In this document: positions 27,174 to 41,620 of the stretch, in pieces | Layout of the letters: each line of letters begins with the position of its first letter | How positions within the stretch are numbered: the first letter of the stretch is position 1 | NCBI GenBank assembly: GCA_000320545.1 | Contig: ADNK01002940.1 | Span: forward strand, 1-64,000 | Source of the DNA: Bigelowiella natans CCMP2755 | Taxonomy: Eukaryota > Protista > Cercozoa | Length of the DNA stretch: 64,000 nt | Direction: 5' to 3' | Program-made: the position numbers and the translations under genes | The notes under the pieces: generated by a model | The model's input: the letters and a program-made list of their open reading frames with translations, nothing else | What the model was told of the DNA's origin: nothing | Database searches by the model: none

Positions 27174-28248
27174 ATGTCTGCTGAAAAGAAGAAGCTGCGC
27201 ATCTGCATTGGTGGCGGTGGGGGATTCATCGGCGGAAACCTCGCCCGTCGTCTCCACAACGAAAGGACATCACGTTGTGTGCGCCGATTGGAAACGCAAT
27301 GAGTACATGGAAGAGAAGGAATTCTGCTCGGAGTTTCATCTTGTTGACCTTCGCAATTACGAGAACTGCATCAAGGCAACAAAGGGCTGTGATGAGGTCT
27401 ACAATCTTGCGGCAGATATGGGAGGAATGGGCTTCATTCAATCCAACCACTCTGTCATCCTCTACAATAACACCATGATCTCCTTCAACATGATGGAAGC
27501 TGCTCGTGTCAACAAGGTTGGCCTGTTCTTCTACTCTTCCTCTGCATGCATCTACCCCGAATTCAAGCAGACTGAAGATGAGATCGTTGGGCTTAAGGAG
27601 TCAGATGGTTGGCCTGCTCAGCCGCAAGACGCATACGGCCTTGAGAAGCTGGTCTCTGAAGAACTCGCTATTCACTATGAGAAGGACTTCGGCATGAAAT
27701 GCCGAATTGCTCGCTTCCACAATATTTATGGACCTTTTGGAACTTGGAAGGGAGGCCGGGAAAAAGCCCCTGCTGCTTTTTGTCGCAAGGCTCTGACCTC
27801 CACGAAGGACTTTGAAGTCTGGGGAAACGGAAAGCAGACTCGTTCCTTCTGCTACGTCGACGACTGTGTTGAGGGAATCCTTCGTATCGCTCACTCCGAT
27901 TACACCAAGCCTATCAACCTCGGTTCCGACGTTGCTATTAGCATGAACGGCATGGCTAAGCTTTGCATGAAACTCGCTGGAAAAGAAATCCCAATCCGCA
28001 ACATTCCTGGTCCTGAGGGGGTTCGTGGTCGCAACAGTGACAACACGCTGATAAAGAAGGTGCTGGGATGGGCACCTAGTATCACTCTTGAGGATGGTCT
28101 CGGCCGTACAATCAAGTGGATCAAGGGCCAGATCGAGAAGCTTCCTGAAAAAGAAAAGGCGAAGCTTACTTCCTCTGTGATTGTGAAGCAAGAAGACGCC
28201 ATGAAACAAAATGCAGCTTGCGCGGCCGCTACTAAGGAAGCAAAGTAA
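27174..28248 (+). CDS. GME: GDP-mannose 3,5-epimerase, intronless, +1 frameshift at 27261-27264
   Basis: MSAEKKKLRICIGGGGGFIGGNLARRLHNE then GHHVVCADWK..LAADMGGMGFIQSNHSVILYNN..SSACIYPE..YGLEK..RFHNIYGPFGTWKGGREKAPAAFCRK..GPEGVRGRNSDN. Confidence 0.95.
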
Positions 28249-28319
28249 ATTTACTTTTAATACGGTCAATGTTATTCGCCAAAAAATCCTATTTGGAATC
28301 AATGTTGCACTTTTGTCGC

Positions 28320-28372
28320 ATCGCACGATTCTAGGATTTGCTCACATACATGCACAAATGTGCGCGTGACTT

Positions 28373-28415
<43 letters not shown>

Positions 28416-29330
28416 CGCTAGGCGTGCAGCCACGCTACGTACGAACATCGATCTACGGTAGACATGCATAGCATCTTCACTTTCTAGCTTTCTAGATCCA
28501 ACAGACCTCAAGCATCGACACATCTAGCTAGATGTGCCTGACATACTAGATGCCTAGCTAGCTAGAGCGTGTGCATACGACACATTGTTCTTAGAGATTT
28601 AGACGTCTATGGCAGACGTGCACTACAACGTTGTTGCTGCGCTGTGGCATGATGAAGTTAGTAAGCGTAGCTGTGCTAGCTAGCCTAGCTAGCTAGTAGC
28701 TAGCTAGTCTAGAGTTGTGAAGACACAAAAATGCATGTGGAATGCACTAGCTAGCTAGTGCACTTCACACATCTAGACATGCTGACATACGCCATCTAGC
28801 CAAACTAGCAAAGCTAGAGAGCTGTGGAGCTACGTGCTTGGCATGCTGCTTTGCTCTAGCTAGCTCTAGCTAGAGCTAGTGCTGATGAATGCAACCCAGC
28901 TAGCTAGCAGTCTAGCAATGTTGTTTAGCTAGCTAGCTAGCTAGCTGTGTTTGCCCACATGCTAGCACATAGCATGCATTGATTTGTGTGTTAATTCTCT
29001 AGAGCTAGCTAGCTAGCGTAGATTATAAGATAAAATGTGTAGCTAGTTCAAACTGTGCTAGTGTGAGACGGATGTAATGAACAAACTGAATCTTTTTAAT
29101 GTTCAACCCAATCTAGCAATGAGCCATGCTAGCATGCAAAGCTGCGGCTACAGCCATCTAGCCATCCTAGCATATAAGCACAGCATGTGATCACCATGTC
29201 TACTTGTCTAGATGCGTGCAACCTGTGCCTTGCAATGAATGTAGCTACACTAGTACATGTGATGTGTACTAATGTACATATCTGGATGTCTAGATGTGCG
29301 TGCACCTGGTACACACATGCCACAATCTGG
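28320..29330. repeat. CTAG-rich degenerate intergenic island containing a MITE-end copy at 29064
   Basis: (CTAG)n runs; TGAGACGGATGTAATGAA at 29064 is identical to the reverse complement of the MITE right end. Confidence 0.55.
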
Positions 29331-29666
29331 CAATGGTGATGACGAGGGCTTCCCGCACATTTCCAAAATTTTGAATCATCATCCCAACTTGTTATCGGTA
29401 ACATTGATTATAGCTATCATCAACATATCACGCAATATAAGTTTCAATTCGCTTCAGCTCTAGCAGAGTTACCTCATCACATGCTTCGATTCGCTTTTTA
29501 CATGTACATTTTGCTAAAAACTCGAAGCAGACCTTATGGACTCTTGTGAGCGTGATGTACCCGACCGGGCATTGTGGAGCAGGCATAAAGTTTGCAGCTA
29601 TCTCTATGCTAACTCTGCCAGCTTCATAGATTTGATTTCCCTTTGCGTAACAATAGCAGATCCTAC

Positions 29667-31626
29667 TTACTTTCTATTTTTGCCAGTGCTAGAGGTAGGA
29701 GGAGAACTGTATGTGACAGGTTTCACCACTTCAACCTGAATCATTTGTTGTAAGTATATCGATCAAACGGTATTTGTGACTTAAAATAATATGATTGTCT
29801 CATTATGATAACGAGGATGATGATGGTAAGCATGACATCATATGTGTATATAATATATATATATATATATCTCATATTTAGAAGGAAACCTTTGGAACTT
29901 GTCTTCGTAACTCTTGATGTTCCTTTTCACTAAGAATCTTAGGGATATCCAGCAAAGATCGGACGAATGGAATCCTGCAGAAAATATGAGATTTGTTATC
30001 TGAAGTAAATATTTATGTTGATTCTAACGATTACAATTGCTGCCAAAAAAACATTTATATTAAAGTACACACTTCAAGAAAGCTGTCTGTAGAAGAGATG
30101 TCACATTTGAAGACACCCAATACGTGTGCACGGCCTATTGTGTAAAGACAACGTCAATTAAGTAGATTTTAGAACTTGATAATCTTGAGTTCTTGGATTA
30201 TGATATACACAATGAAAACGACGACCGTCATCCTGCACACTATTGATTGTTCATCTTCGTTCGACGCACTAACTCCCAACAAATCCACATTTTATTCTTA
30301 AACGGCATTCTGCTTCTCCTTCTTTCATTCTATGTTCAAATGCTACTTTTTCTTACTTACCGCTGGAAAGCTGGCAGTTGCTGGAATAATCATTATGGAG
30401 AAGAATCTCATGAACATCTTCATGCTGAAAAGGAGAAAGGAGAGGAGGTTAAAAGTGAGTGAGCGTATCAGTTGCTTTCTGATTTTAAAATGGCGGCAGT
30501 TGGTTATTACACGCGTGTACATGAACATTGATTTTGACTCACGTCAACATGTATAGATGACATTGTGGGGGGGGGGGAGATGGATCGGGAGAAGGAAGAG
30601 AAAAAGATTGAAAAGAAGTACAAACAGTCCATGATAATAGTGCAATTTTCACATCCCAACCGATCTGAGGTAGCACTATTTGGATTGCCGACGGAACCAA
30701 CCTAATGACAACAACAACAACAATTATGATGATGATAATGTGTCACTTCATTGAAGCACGCATGCATTGCTCTCCTCCTCCTCCTCTTCCTCCTCCTACG
30801 ACAACGTTCAGTGACTAGTTAAAAACAAATCAATAATTTCTATTGCAGGATGTAAATCGCAGTTACTAATCAAGCATGAGTGGCGGATAATGCACGTACA
30901 TACACAACAAAAAGGATCATCGATAAAAACAAAGAATATTGAAAGTGGTTGCTGCTTAAGAATTGAAAGTACTTCAATTGTGAGCAACATGCTGATGGCA
31001 GAGGTAATGGGCAGCACCCAGTAAGGATCCTATCGTTCACATATTATCAGAGTATAGTTTAAACAGTAGACAACTGTATAACAACAACAACAACAACAAC
31101 AATCACTACCAACAACCATATAATGATACGATACTGTGCGTGCATGATGGAGATAAAATGAGACAAGATGTTCTCCAAGCTACAACCTGCTGACTCAGAT
31201 CAAGAAACCATGCATAGCCTCCACTGGAGATATCAGGAAACCGATCTTGGTAGGAGGAGAAATGGGTAAGTACGACCACCATTGTTGTTGTTGTTGTTGT
31301 TGTTGCAATAAATTGTTGTATAACAAAGTAGTAAAATCATGACATGGCAGCTATTTTATGTCTGTAATTACAGGCTTGGTTTACAATGCTACAACCGCAC
31401 ATTCATTCCTCTTTCATTTCATCAACGGACACCTCATCGCACAAACAGCAACATATTAAGTTGTCACCTGCTAAGGCTCTGCACCCGAAGAAAAAGGAGA
31501 CGAAAATGGGCATTTGAGTGAAAGGCATCAGGAAGGCCAACATATTGATCTTGTGCTGTTGTTTCAGTAGTAGTAATACATGGATTAGAAGGAACATATT
31601 GACTTACGCTGTTGTTTCAGTACTGC

Positions 31627-31669
<43 letters not shown>

Positions 31670-32515
31670 AGTAGCATTAGTAGTAGTGGAACATGAATTA
31701 TAATGTAAACGACGTAGTATTATCTGTCATTCGACCATTATCATGATAATCATCATGATCATGTATCACCTTCTTGAAAATCGCTGCCTGTCTATGGGCT
31801 ACTTCCATCCGTTTTTCCGTCGTCAGATTGCCACTCGCTGATTTGATACATACATCAAAGTTTCATACTTTCCAGAGATCATAATCTGACTTGATGTCCT
31901 CATCATCCATCACAGTGCGAGTGACAACCTTTCATTTCCTGGATTTGCTCTTCAATTTTTTTCATTTCTGGTCGTGCATTTGTCATCCTTGTTGTACATA
32001 CAGGAGGTATTAGTTGTAGCATTTTTAGGAGAAATATAACTGCGACAGATTTACAAGAATCTTACTACTACTACTTCTATTACTACTACTAGTACTACTA
32101 CTGCTGCTGCTACTACTAACAGCACCACTTCATCTGATATGATACTACTAGTATATTAAGTTACCTAGCTGTGCTTCTATGCTGCATAACTGCTACTGGA
32201 AACAACAGCATGCGGACCATTATGGTAGCACCTCCTAAGGTAGTAGCGAGTTAGTACTTACTTAGTTAGTTAGTAGCACTCTCAGCTATGCTCGTCCATA
32301 CTACTACGATACGTCAAACTTATTATTACCTATTGCAACGAACCATGGAACGTCTGCGGTAACATGAATGTAGTTGATAAAATCTTGGACGTATAACTAT
32401 GATGATAATCAATTCTCCATTTTATTAGTAAATGGCATATGATTACAATTAATACTTCATTTATTAGTGAATGATGACCACTACGACAACCACCACCACC
32501 ACCACCACCACCTCA

Positions 32516-32556
<41 letters not shown>

Positions 32557-33140
32557 AATACTGCTGGTGCTACCGAAGGCCAATGAAATCCCGCTTCTGC
32601 TGCTGGTGGAGGTACGACTGCCTCTGTGGCTGCAAGGGATATACATGATAATGAATTATGATACAAGTTCAACAATGAAATTGTCACAAGAGAGAGAAGG
32701 AATAACGCCTACCACTCAGCATAAACGATGATACATCGTCCATAATTGTGGTTTCAGCTGCACTTGATGATGAGGCAGCGTCGATGGATAGAGCCGACGA
32801 CGACGATGACGACGACATTGCCGTTGAAGAAGCCTCCTCCTGCTGCTGCTGCTGCTGGCATAGCACCGAATGGCTGCAGTCTGTAAATTGACAACATAAA
32901 TATGATTGCCTGATATCCATCTTTCATTTTTTAAGTGCTTTCTTACCAATGGCAGACGACGAGGACATGTAGCGCAGTGATTGCATAGCTCCTCCCCTTC
33001 CTACTCCTCCAATCTTGTTTGTATAGCTTCTCAGAAGATGAGCACTGTAATTGATAATTGTCATATAACAGCCATCTTCATAGTTACATGGGAAGGGGTT
33101 TAGAAACTGACCTTTTTCTTCGCAGCATCATCATCATCAT
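29667..33140 (-). CDS. OXA1: Mitochondrial inner-membrane insertase Oxa1 (YidC/Oxa1/Alb3 family)
   Basis: Arg/Ser-rich presequence; VPWFVAIGGATIMVRMLLFP, QMPIFVSFFFGCR, GGYAWFLDLSQQDPYWVLP, FPAAVHTYWVSSNVTSLLQ. Confidence 0.88.
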
Positions 33141-33596
33141 CCTCACCCTCCCCCCTTGGTGCGTGTTTGAATGGGAGGATATTGTCGACTTGCTTAAACA
33201 ATTGTCGTATCACCGAAATCCCCTTTGTTTCTATCATAAAGACAGCATTGGTCGTAGGTCAAACATCCTATTCTGTTTTGCTAAGACGTCTCGAATAAAA
33301 GGTTGTCGTAGGATGAAAATCAGCAACAGTGCTAGTCTGGGAGCGTTGTCCACGTGTCGCTCATCCACAGGGCTTTCGGGGAAAAGGAGGAGAGCAAGGG
33401 GGAGGAGAACAACCCGCACGTCTTTGCACGAGAGCGATTGTGGCTTGTGTGGCTCTGAAGCACGCTGTTCTCCTTGGTCCTCTCAAAGCAATGCTTGCTG
33501 ATGCTCTCCTCGGTTTGAACGAAAAATGAATAATAATGTCAGGATGTACACATTACATGTTATCACGTCATTTGTAATTGAAAGCTCCCCTCCTCC

Positions 33597-34948
33597 ATGT
33601 TTCTTCTTATTCTTCCTCTTCTCCTGCTTCACCTGATCCCTCTCCGTTGTCTCAGGCAACAACTTCGCAGAGGTGCCTCCTCCTCCTCCTCCTCCTCCTC
33701 CTTCTCTTATGATGATGACATTGCTTTTGATGTCGAGAACAGTCTTTTCGATTGGGGCTGCTACTACTGTAACAATTGATCACTTCTCTAGAAGCAAACA
33801 AGTAAATGTGGAAAGTAGGAGCTCAGCATGCTGTACACTTAGCAGCAGGCAGCTGAATGGTGGTGAAGTTGTATTAGGACGGAATGCTCTCATCGAAAGA
33901 CAACGACGGCGACGACGAATATCATCATCGTTTCAGCTACCAGTGAATAAGGCCCATCGCAACAGCAAGAACAACTTTGGCGTTCGAAGCGAAGAATGGC
34001 CTGATCATCGCCACCACCACCGCCAGGGGCAGCAGCATCGGGATTTGAGCCCCCCTCCTCCTCCTCCTCCTCCTCCTCCTCCTCCTCCTTACTTGGATGA
34101 CTTAGCAAACAGACTCGCACTACATGCATCTATAGCATACTGTATTGTCACATCATCATTTACGAACAAAAAATAATCAAACATTTAGTGGTTGTTGTCC
34201 AATTGAATGTGATATCTACGCCTTCTTTTTCCTCTAAAATTGCATCATATTACTCTATTTCTAACAGATGATGACACCTCCAATGTCATCCATGCACACA
34301 ATTATGTTATTCACTATTTTTCAAGAATAAGAACAAAACTTAATCGTTATTGTTGTTTTTGATGATGTTACATCGTTGTGTTACTTTTGTTTGCCATACA
34401 GGCGACGGGAACGAGATAGCCGCATGGAAAGACCCCCTTGGGTGATGATTGCTCAAGAGACGATTAGGCATCTGTGAACTGCTGCACCATCGTCTCCTGA
34501 AATAATCCAAATATAGAATACCAGATAATTCATTAGTGTCATACATATACATTTCATTTCGTATATACATACCGTACATGATGATCTCTGTCTCTCTCTC
34601 TGTGCGTATGTACTGATATTGTACAATGATGATCCAATGTAAAAGGTATACGGACAAAATCCCTGGATTTGAAGTTGTGAAGGTTCTCCACTACTTAAAG
34701 ACAGGATCTTGCTGTTACGTGGGTATATCACATGGTAATTTATCATATGCATTTCACAGTAGTACAAAAGATAGATGATGTTGATACAAATAATTTATTT
34801 CCTCGTAGAAGAAAACATGGATGTAGCTACGCATATAGAGAGTCATTATTTGTGATTTCTTTACAACGCCACCTTCTGATTTGACAACTACCTCCTTCCA
34901 CATACAAAACAATTTGAATGTGGGATGAAAAGTACATGAAAAGTACGA

Positions 34949-34990
<42 letters not shown>

Positions 34991-35205
34991 GAATCAGCAA
35001 CACTTATTAGGTCTCTCTCTCCATTCTTTATTCGACAACAACTGAGTAGTACGTAGTACTTCAATTCGAACAATAACCCTTCATCGGTCCTCCTCCTCCT
35101 CCTCGTCTTTACTATATGTAGAAAAACAAGAAATTGTTGTGTCCTTCCGCGGAAGTGGCAGCTTGGCGGCATTCAAAACGAACTTGAGACTCAACGTACT
35201 ACTTC

Positions 35206-35247
<42 letters not shown>

Positions 35248-35644
35248 TCATATATGCAATAGCAAGCGAGATAAGGGTGATGACAATGATGATGACGAAG
35301 ACTTTCTCGACGCCAATAGAGGCGAAGAAGGAGGATAACAAGAAGAAGTTAATCCAACGCTTATTGACCTGCTCCCCTCTTCTAATCCAATAGAATATGG
35401 ATGATGATACTCCTACACATCATAACAGAATAGGATAATACCATAGTACTGCCATCATCATCATCATCATCACCATCATTATCATCATCATCATCATCAT
35501 CATCATTCATTTCATGAAACAACTGATCCCACCTCCTTGTTCTCTGCTGTACTACTACAATACTTCCACATTCAGCTCGTTGATTTACCAGCATATCTTC
35601 TATTCCCACCACCGCCATCATTATCCTCCTCCTCCTCCTCCTCC

Positions 35645-35675
<31 letters not shown>

Positions 35676-35960
35676 TATCAATGGGAAATGGTGCGGGTGC
35701 TAAGGTAGTATTAATCACTTAAATTAAGTATTGAACAAGACGGTACTGATAATAAGCTTTGGTGATGATGGATGATGTAGGTGCATGCAGGATTCTTGGA
35801 AGCATCTTCCAAGTTATTTGTCCAACTTGACGTAAGTAGGAAATAGTTTGATATGATAGCCAGATATGTAATGATGACGATGATGATGATGATGCCCTTA
35901 GCTGCTGCTGCTGTGTTTATGAATGGATATTGATTCTTACTTGCTTCCCCTGATCCACTG

Positions 35961-35993
<33 letters not shown>

Positions 35994-36723
35994 TGATTCC
36001 AACGACTACAACTACGATCTATCAGCCAATCCTTAAGAATTTGATGGAATCAAATCATGATTACCGATTATATTTCACGGGGCACAGGTACTACTAACTA
36101 TAATAATTCTACTACTACTATCAGCAAAAACAGCAGAGGTGATGATAATGAATTGTAGTTTGCATGAATATATTTATATCATTGTTTTTTATCAATCGGA
36201 AGTTGTATGCATGTGCTCATCCGTGCTATCAACGAATATTGAAGAACTGAAAATATATCACTACCACTCACTACCACTCACAACCACGCACTACCACTAC
36301 TACTACTACTTCTGCTGCTGCTACTACTACAAAGCTGCTGACGCTGAAGAATCTACTAAATGACATCAAACTACAACCAACTCTTTTCAATAAATCAGTA
36401 AAGGAGGAGGTGTTGCGACGTTATCTGCTGTTTTTACTGCTCAAAGTCATCCCAATTGGGTGTGTACGTAGTACGTAGTAGTGTGTGTGTTTGAGGGGGG
36501 GAGGGGGGGTGGGGAGCGGATATGATTAGAGTAGGATATGCGTGTCTTTATGAGATAGATCAACCATTTTTATAAAGTGATCAGGACATCGCTCTATTGT
36601 GGCACAAACAATATATAAGATCCATATCGCCCTTCCTTTTCTTTTTCTTCTTCTTTTTCTTCTTTTTCTTCTTTTTCTTCCGTAGCATGCACGTACATAA
36701 ATTGATATCTTTCATCAATTGAT

Positions 36724-36756
<33 letters not shown>

Positions 36757-37618
36757 TAGAGGCCATCTCTCATCACATTTGCCCCTCCGCGCGTCGGAAA
36801 TAGGGAATTTCGCCGCTTGTTTGACAAGTTTTTTGCTTCTACAACAACAACAACAACTTCTACTACTACTGGCACTGCGGAGAGGACTTCAGATGTTACT
36901 GCTGCTGCTGCTGCTACTACTACTACTACTACTAGCTTTGCACTTGGGTACTTTCATCGACAAGATCCTGTATTGTATTTCAATCAAGACCTCTGGAATT
37001 CTCTCAAATACGAGTAAGATTACTAGAAGCTTTATGTTGTTGTTGTTGTTGTTTTTGTATGATTAATTTAAAAGTCCTCTTCTTATTCTTTCCTTCTTTG
37101 TGAGCAAGCTGCATGAATTGTAACTATTAATGAGAGCTTGAATGATCTCCATTGCTACCATGACTCGTCTCTGCCGGATGATTAAGATTCATGTTTAATA
37201 ATACATTTCTGTTTATCTAGGGTTGTAGGTACAGAAGTAGAATGTGTTCCCGATGCTCATCAAATATCAAAGATTCAATCATCGTCGTCATATTGGTCTT
37301 CTTCTTCTTCTTCTTCTTCTTCTTCTCCTACTACTCCCTTCGACTATAAAATACTTGTTCCCCCACTCAATATATTCCAGCATTTGAGGTACGTACGTAC
37401 TTAAAATGGCGGTCACTAGAGACTAGATTATTCATTTAACTGTCCTTCTTTATAGCACCAATCTACCTACTTTTGCGACTATAACACTTAACGAGATCCA
37501 CTATAAAACTTGTACTACGATTCATGAGTACATGCCTTGCTATTCTGTCGATTGCTCGCTCCTAAATTATACTCCTTATATTGTTTCCCCTGCAAAGATC
37601 GATCTTATTGTTACGACC

Positions 37619-37652
<34 letters not shown>

Positions 37653-37814
37653 AATATGGCTACTACTACTACTACTACCACTTCTACTACTGCCAAATGC
37701 AGATACTTAGGAGTTTACATGGGTCCTAGAGTGGTAATGATAAAGACAGTTGCATCGACGACTGCTACATGGCTACGACAGCTCCATTCTTTTTGGAACA
37801 AGATCAAAAAGTAG
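33597..37814 (+). CDS. Class 3 lipase (alpha/beta hydrolase); 5' end uncertain
   Basis: IVVSFRGS, VHAGF, FTGHSKGG, ITFAPPRVGN, QDPV, QHLRYLG across GT-AG exons; stop at 37814. Confidence 0.85.
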
Positions 37815-38720
37815 CAGAGAACAAATTAAATGATGATGATGATGATGATGATGATTATGATCAACACAGCAAATCGCAGAATGACATTTCCATCCCAGTT
37901 AGTACCTAGCTGCATTATTGGGCGGAGAGACGAAGGCTAGTAGCTCATCATGTCACTTATCAATGCATGTATAGATTCTATATAGCTACACATAGCGTTA
38001 GGCCACGATGTCACAAATGGCAAAGGCATCAATGAGTCGATGAAACTGAGCGGAGCAACCTTCTGCTAGCCATCAAGATTCGAAAAAGCTTTGCAGCATG
38101 CATGGCACTCACTTTAATTGTCCAGCACGTGATGCTACTAGGAGCTTGCGTTTTTGTTGTTGTCGCAGTGTTCGTCCGCAAGCAATGACAATGCTCCAAG
38201 CAAAGTGAATGCATTGTCCGCCGTGCCATGCGGCGATCGATCTGACTTGCACACATGCATGCACATGCATCGGGAGGGTGATGCATGTGCTAATCACGTG
38301 AAATAACGCAAAGCAGCAGCCCACTGCATTGGACTACGTGCATGGGCACAGCGCGCCATGTATCTTCATGACACACGACGCTCATTGGCAACCAGATCAT
38401 CATTATCATCATCATCATCATCATCATCCAATTTCATCACAAATCAAAAAGGTTACTACTGCTATCTAGATAGACTAGCTACCACGCGTACGATGTTAAA
38501 TTAATTTCGCTCATTGCTATGCACCGAGGCTCACGATATTTCATAATGACTCAATTCATTGTGGTAATTCTCCCTTAATGTAGCCACATCACTTGTGGAC
38601 TTCATCATATCTTGGTAGGAATGAAGAACCTAACATAGTATGTGTTAAAGCCATACATTCTTACCACTTTGGTGGTTGTTGTCGTCTCCAAATGAATCAT
38701 ATATTTTATGCTTATAAATA

Positions 38721-41136
38721 CTACGAAAATACCTCACATGCAGTTGTCAGAATGCGTTGTCCGCTGAAGTAAACGATAAGAAAGCCGACAAACAGAGCTA
38801 GATGGACTGAGTACAAAAGAATGGGTAGTATTATTTGCAAGATGATGCAATAGAACCCGACGAAAGAACACAACCAACGAAAATGCTGCAAAGTTACTTG
38901 GGTACTACCAATCACAAAGATGCCACTTTGTTCGATTAGTTTCCGAGATTCATCATCATCATCATCCTTATATATTAGTAGTAGCAGCAGCAGCAGTAGT
39001 AGTAGTAATATGAGTATCAGCAAAGACCGTTGATGTTCCCAATAGGCTGCTGCTACGAACAAACCAACAAACCAACAAACAAACAAACAACCTACTACTA
39101 CTACTACTACTACTACTACAGCTCATACGAGACGGAAGAATAGCCATTGGGTTGTTGGTAGCGTATTTCTCTTCTTCTTCTTCTTCTTCTATTGTTACCA
39201 GGCATTTTGTTGTAACTAGCACTCCAACTGTTGACATTAGCAGAGAAATCTTCATTGCCTATTATTATCATTATTATTATTATCACCACATTCTAAGAGG
39301 AGAATCACCAATCTAGACAAGTATCTGCATGGACAAGAAAATACAAGCTGGCATTACCTGGCTTTACCATTACTCATGCAAAATATAAGAGCAAGGTGGT
39401 GGGCATGATATTACTTGTACTTGTAGTACTACCTCCAACAACACCAAGCAGCAACCTCCCAGTGCGGCCAAATTGACATTATCTTTGTAAAAGAAGTTTG
39501 GTTAAGGTTTCTCATAATGGTTATCATCAAATTTTTACGACCAAGTTTGTTGATTAGAGAAATCAACAATCTCGTATTCACTATCATCATCATTACGTTC
39601 ATCATAGTCTCTCTAATCATGGAATGTCGCTGTGTTTTCTTCTCACTCCGCAGCATTCTTTATTTGAGAACCATTTACCTGACATGTGCCGACGAAAATC
39701 TTCCGAGAGTAATGTTGATAGTAACGAAGAATCGATGAGGCCAGTCTCCTCATCATCGTCCGTATCATCATCCACGACGACGTCTATAGGGTCCAATTTC
39801 TACATTCACATGGTTAATAAAGAAAGTAACACATCATCATCCTCAGGGATCATGTATAATATGATAATATTCATCCTTTAAGTCAACACCAAATTTAATT
39901 ATTGACCAACATTTCGAATATGGAAGTACCATAGAACTAGCAGTGAGTGTAAACGTGTTTCATTTAGCTATCTAAGCACATCATACACTCTTACTGCGTA
40001 ATTTAATTATGTACTACCCGATTTAAAAAACGTCCTCTTGTATTAAGAGGGGCAGCAAAATTGGAGTGACGGCGATGTGCATCCTTCCTCTCAATGTCTT
40101 CGTTCTGTACCATCAAGCTTTGGTTGCAGAAAGAAAGAAAGCAAGGAGATAATATTTAGTAGCTGCCCCAAGAAGTATAATTTGGATAGTAACCTCACAT
40201 TGAGTGTATTTATGCATCTATTTGGATGATTTATGTGTGTGTGTGTTGTTTTAGCGTGTGCGTTCACCTGGTAGACATTAAGGGAAATATATATAAATAT
40301 ATATGTGTATATATATATATATGTGTGTTTGCGTGATGTGTTCCATTGATAAATGATAAATTCTGCTATATATCAATATTTTCATCAGTGATCACGGTAA
40401 GTTATCCCCTCCTCTTTATCTACAATTGTGCAGCACTACATACTTAAATCTTCTTGCGTGAGGACGAAGGAACCATGATATCCTCTCTGGGTAGCTAAAA
40501 ATTGCCCTGACACACATGCACATCAATGTGCTCACAGTTCCACTTAGGATAAGAACAGCTCCGGATACATACCTATGATGTGTGCAATAGGGATGATGGA
40601 GAGTGGGTGCAAGATGAGGGAACTTTGTCAAAATCATGAAATATAAAAAAACATCTATCTATCATATTACGCAGGGAGGAATATTTATAACACAGCTGCA
40701 TACATACACATACAATATATACATACAATTCATTTAATGCGGTGGAAAGAAATTTCGTTAGCATCGTCGTTTGTACGTTATTTTTAATACAGTCATCATA
40801 CTCACATTGCTTCGCGTAGCTGAGCAACACAGCTATCAGCCTTATGTGACTCAAAAAATAACACATATGCCCAAATTCCGAGGCCCAGATTGAATGAAGA
40901 TAGAATCAGGAAACACGTCACTGCTCTGTAAGTAGAGGGAGGGAAACAATGGATGTGATTCGTGGGACAACAATTGACATGATATCTTGGTGTTCTTCAT
41001 TGTTTTTACGAAATCCAACCTTATTTTTGAATTTCTTGCCGCCCTCATGGTAGCTAAAAAATCTATGCATGGGGGCAGATCCATTGATGGCTGTTTTGCA
41101 GACATTACAGAAGCCGTTCGAGCAGCAGCCGGACAA
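38721..41136 (-). CDS. Hypothetical multi-pass membrane protein, spliced
   Basis: Hydrophobic exons such as YVSGAVLILSGTVSTLMCMCV and FYCIILQIILPILLYSVHLALFVGFLIVYF; no family recognised. Confidence 0.4.
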
Positions 41137-41620
41137 GTTGGTGCCTCGCCCCTCTCTACTACCCTATTATTCGATTCAAATTATTTAAACGACGAAGACG
41201 AATTTAGGATAACTCACCGCATCATCATCCCACTAACCAGATCCTTTTACGAAGAATAGTCGCACCAATAAAATGCCCTCTGATTTATTCAAATAAAGGA
41301 ACAGCAGGCACATCACACTTCATTTGTTCATTTATCATTCTTTCTCGGCAGTTTTGACTTCGGAGAAATTCAAAATTAATTATTCGGGTTCCGAGTCTCA
41401 CGCACAAGGATATCAGGATCTCGGTTCTCGAAAGTGTGGCTTATATTTTTAAAATAAGGGATATTATCTAGAACGACAACGATTCTTAGATGTTTAATAT
41501 GTTAGTTTGAGAGATTTTCGTCCTAAAAGCCCACACTACTAATCTCAAAATCTTAAGGTTGGCTGCACCTTCCTGTCCCCCTCCACTTGAACTAACCTAA
41601 AGCTTAACCCAATAGACACC

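Noticed and set aside
27601-28326. 241-aa antisense ORF over GME
   Set aside because: Expected shadow of strong codon bias on the sense strand.
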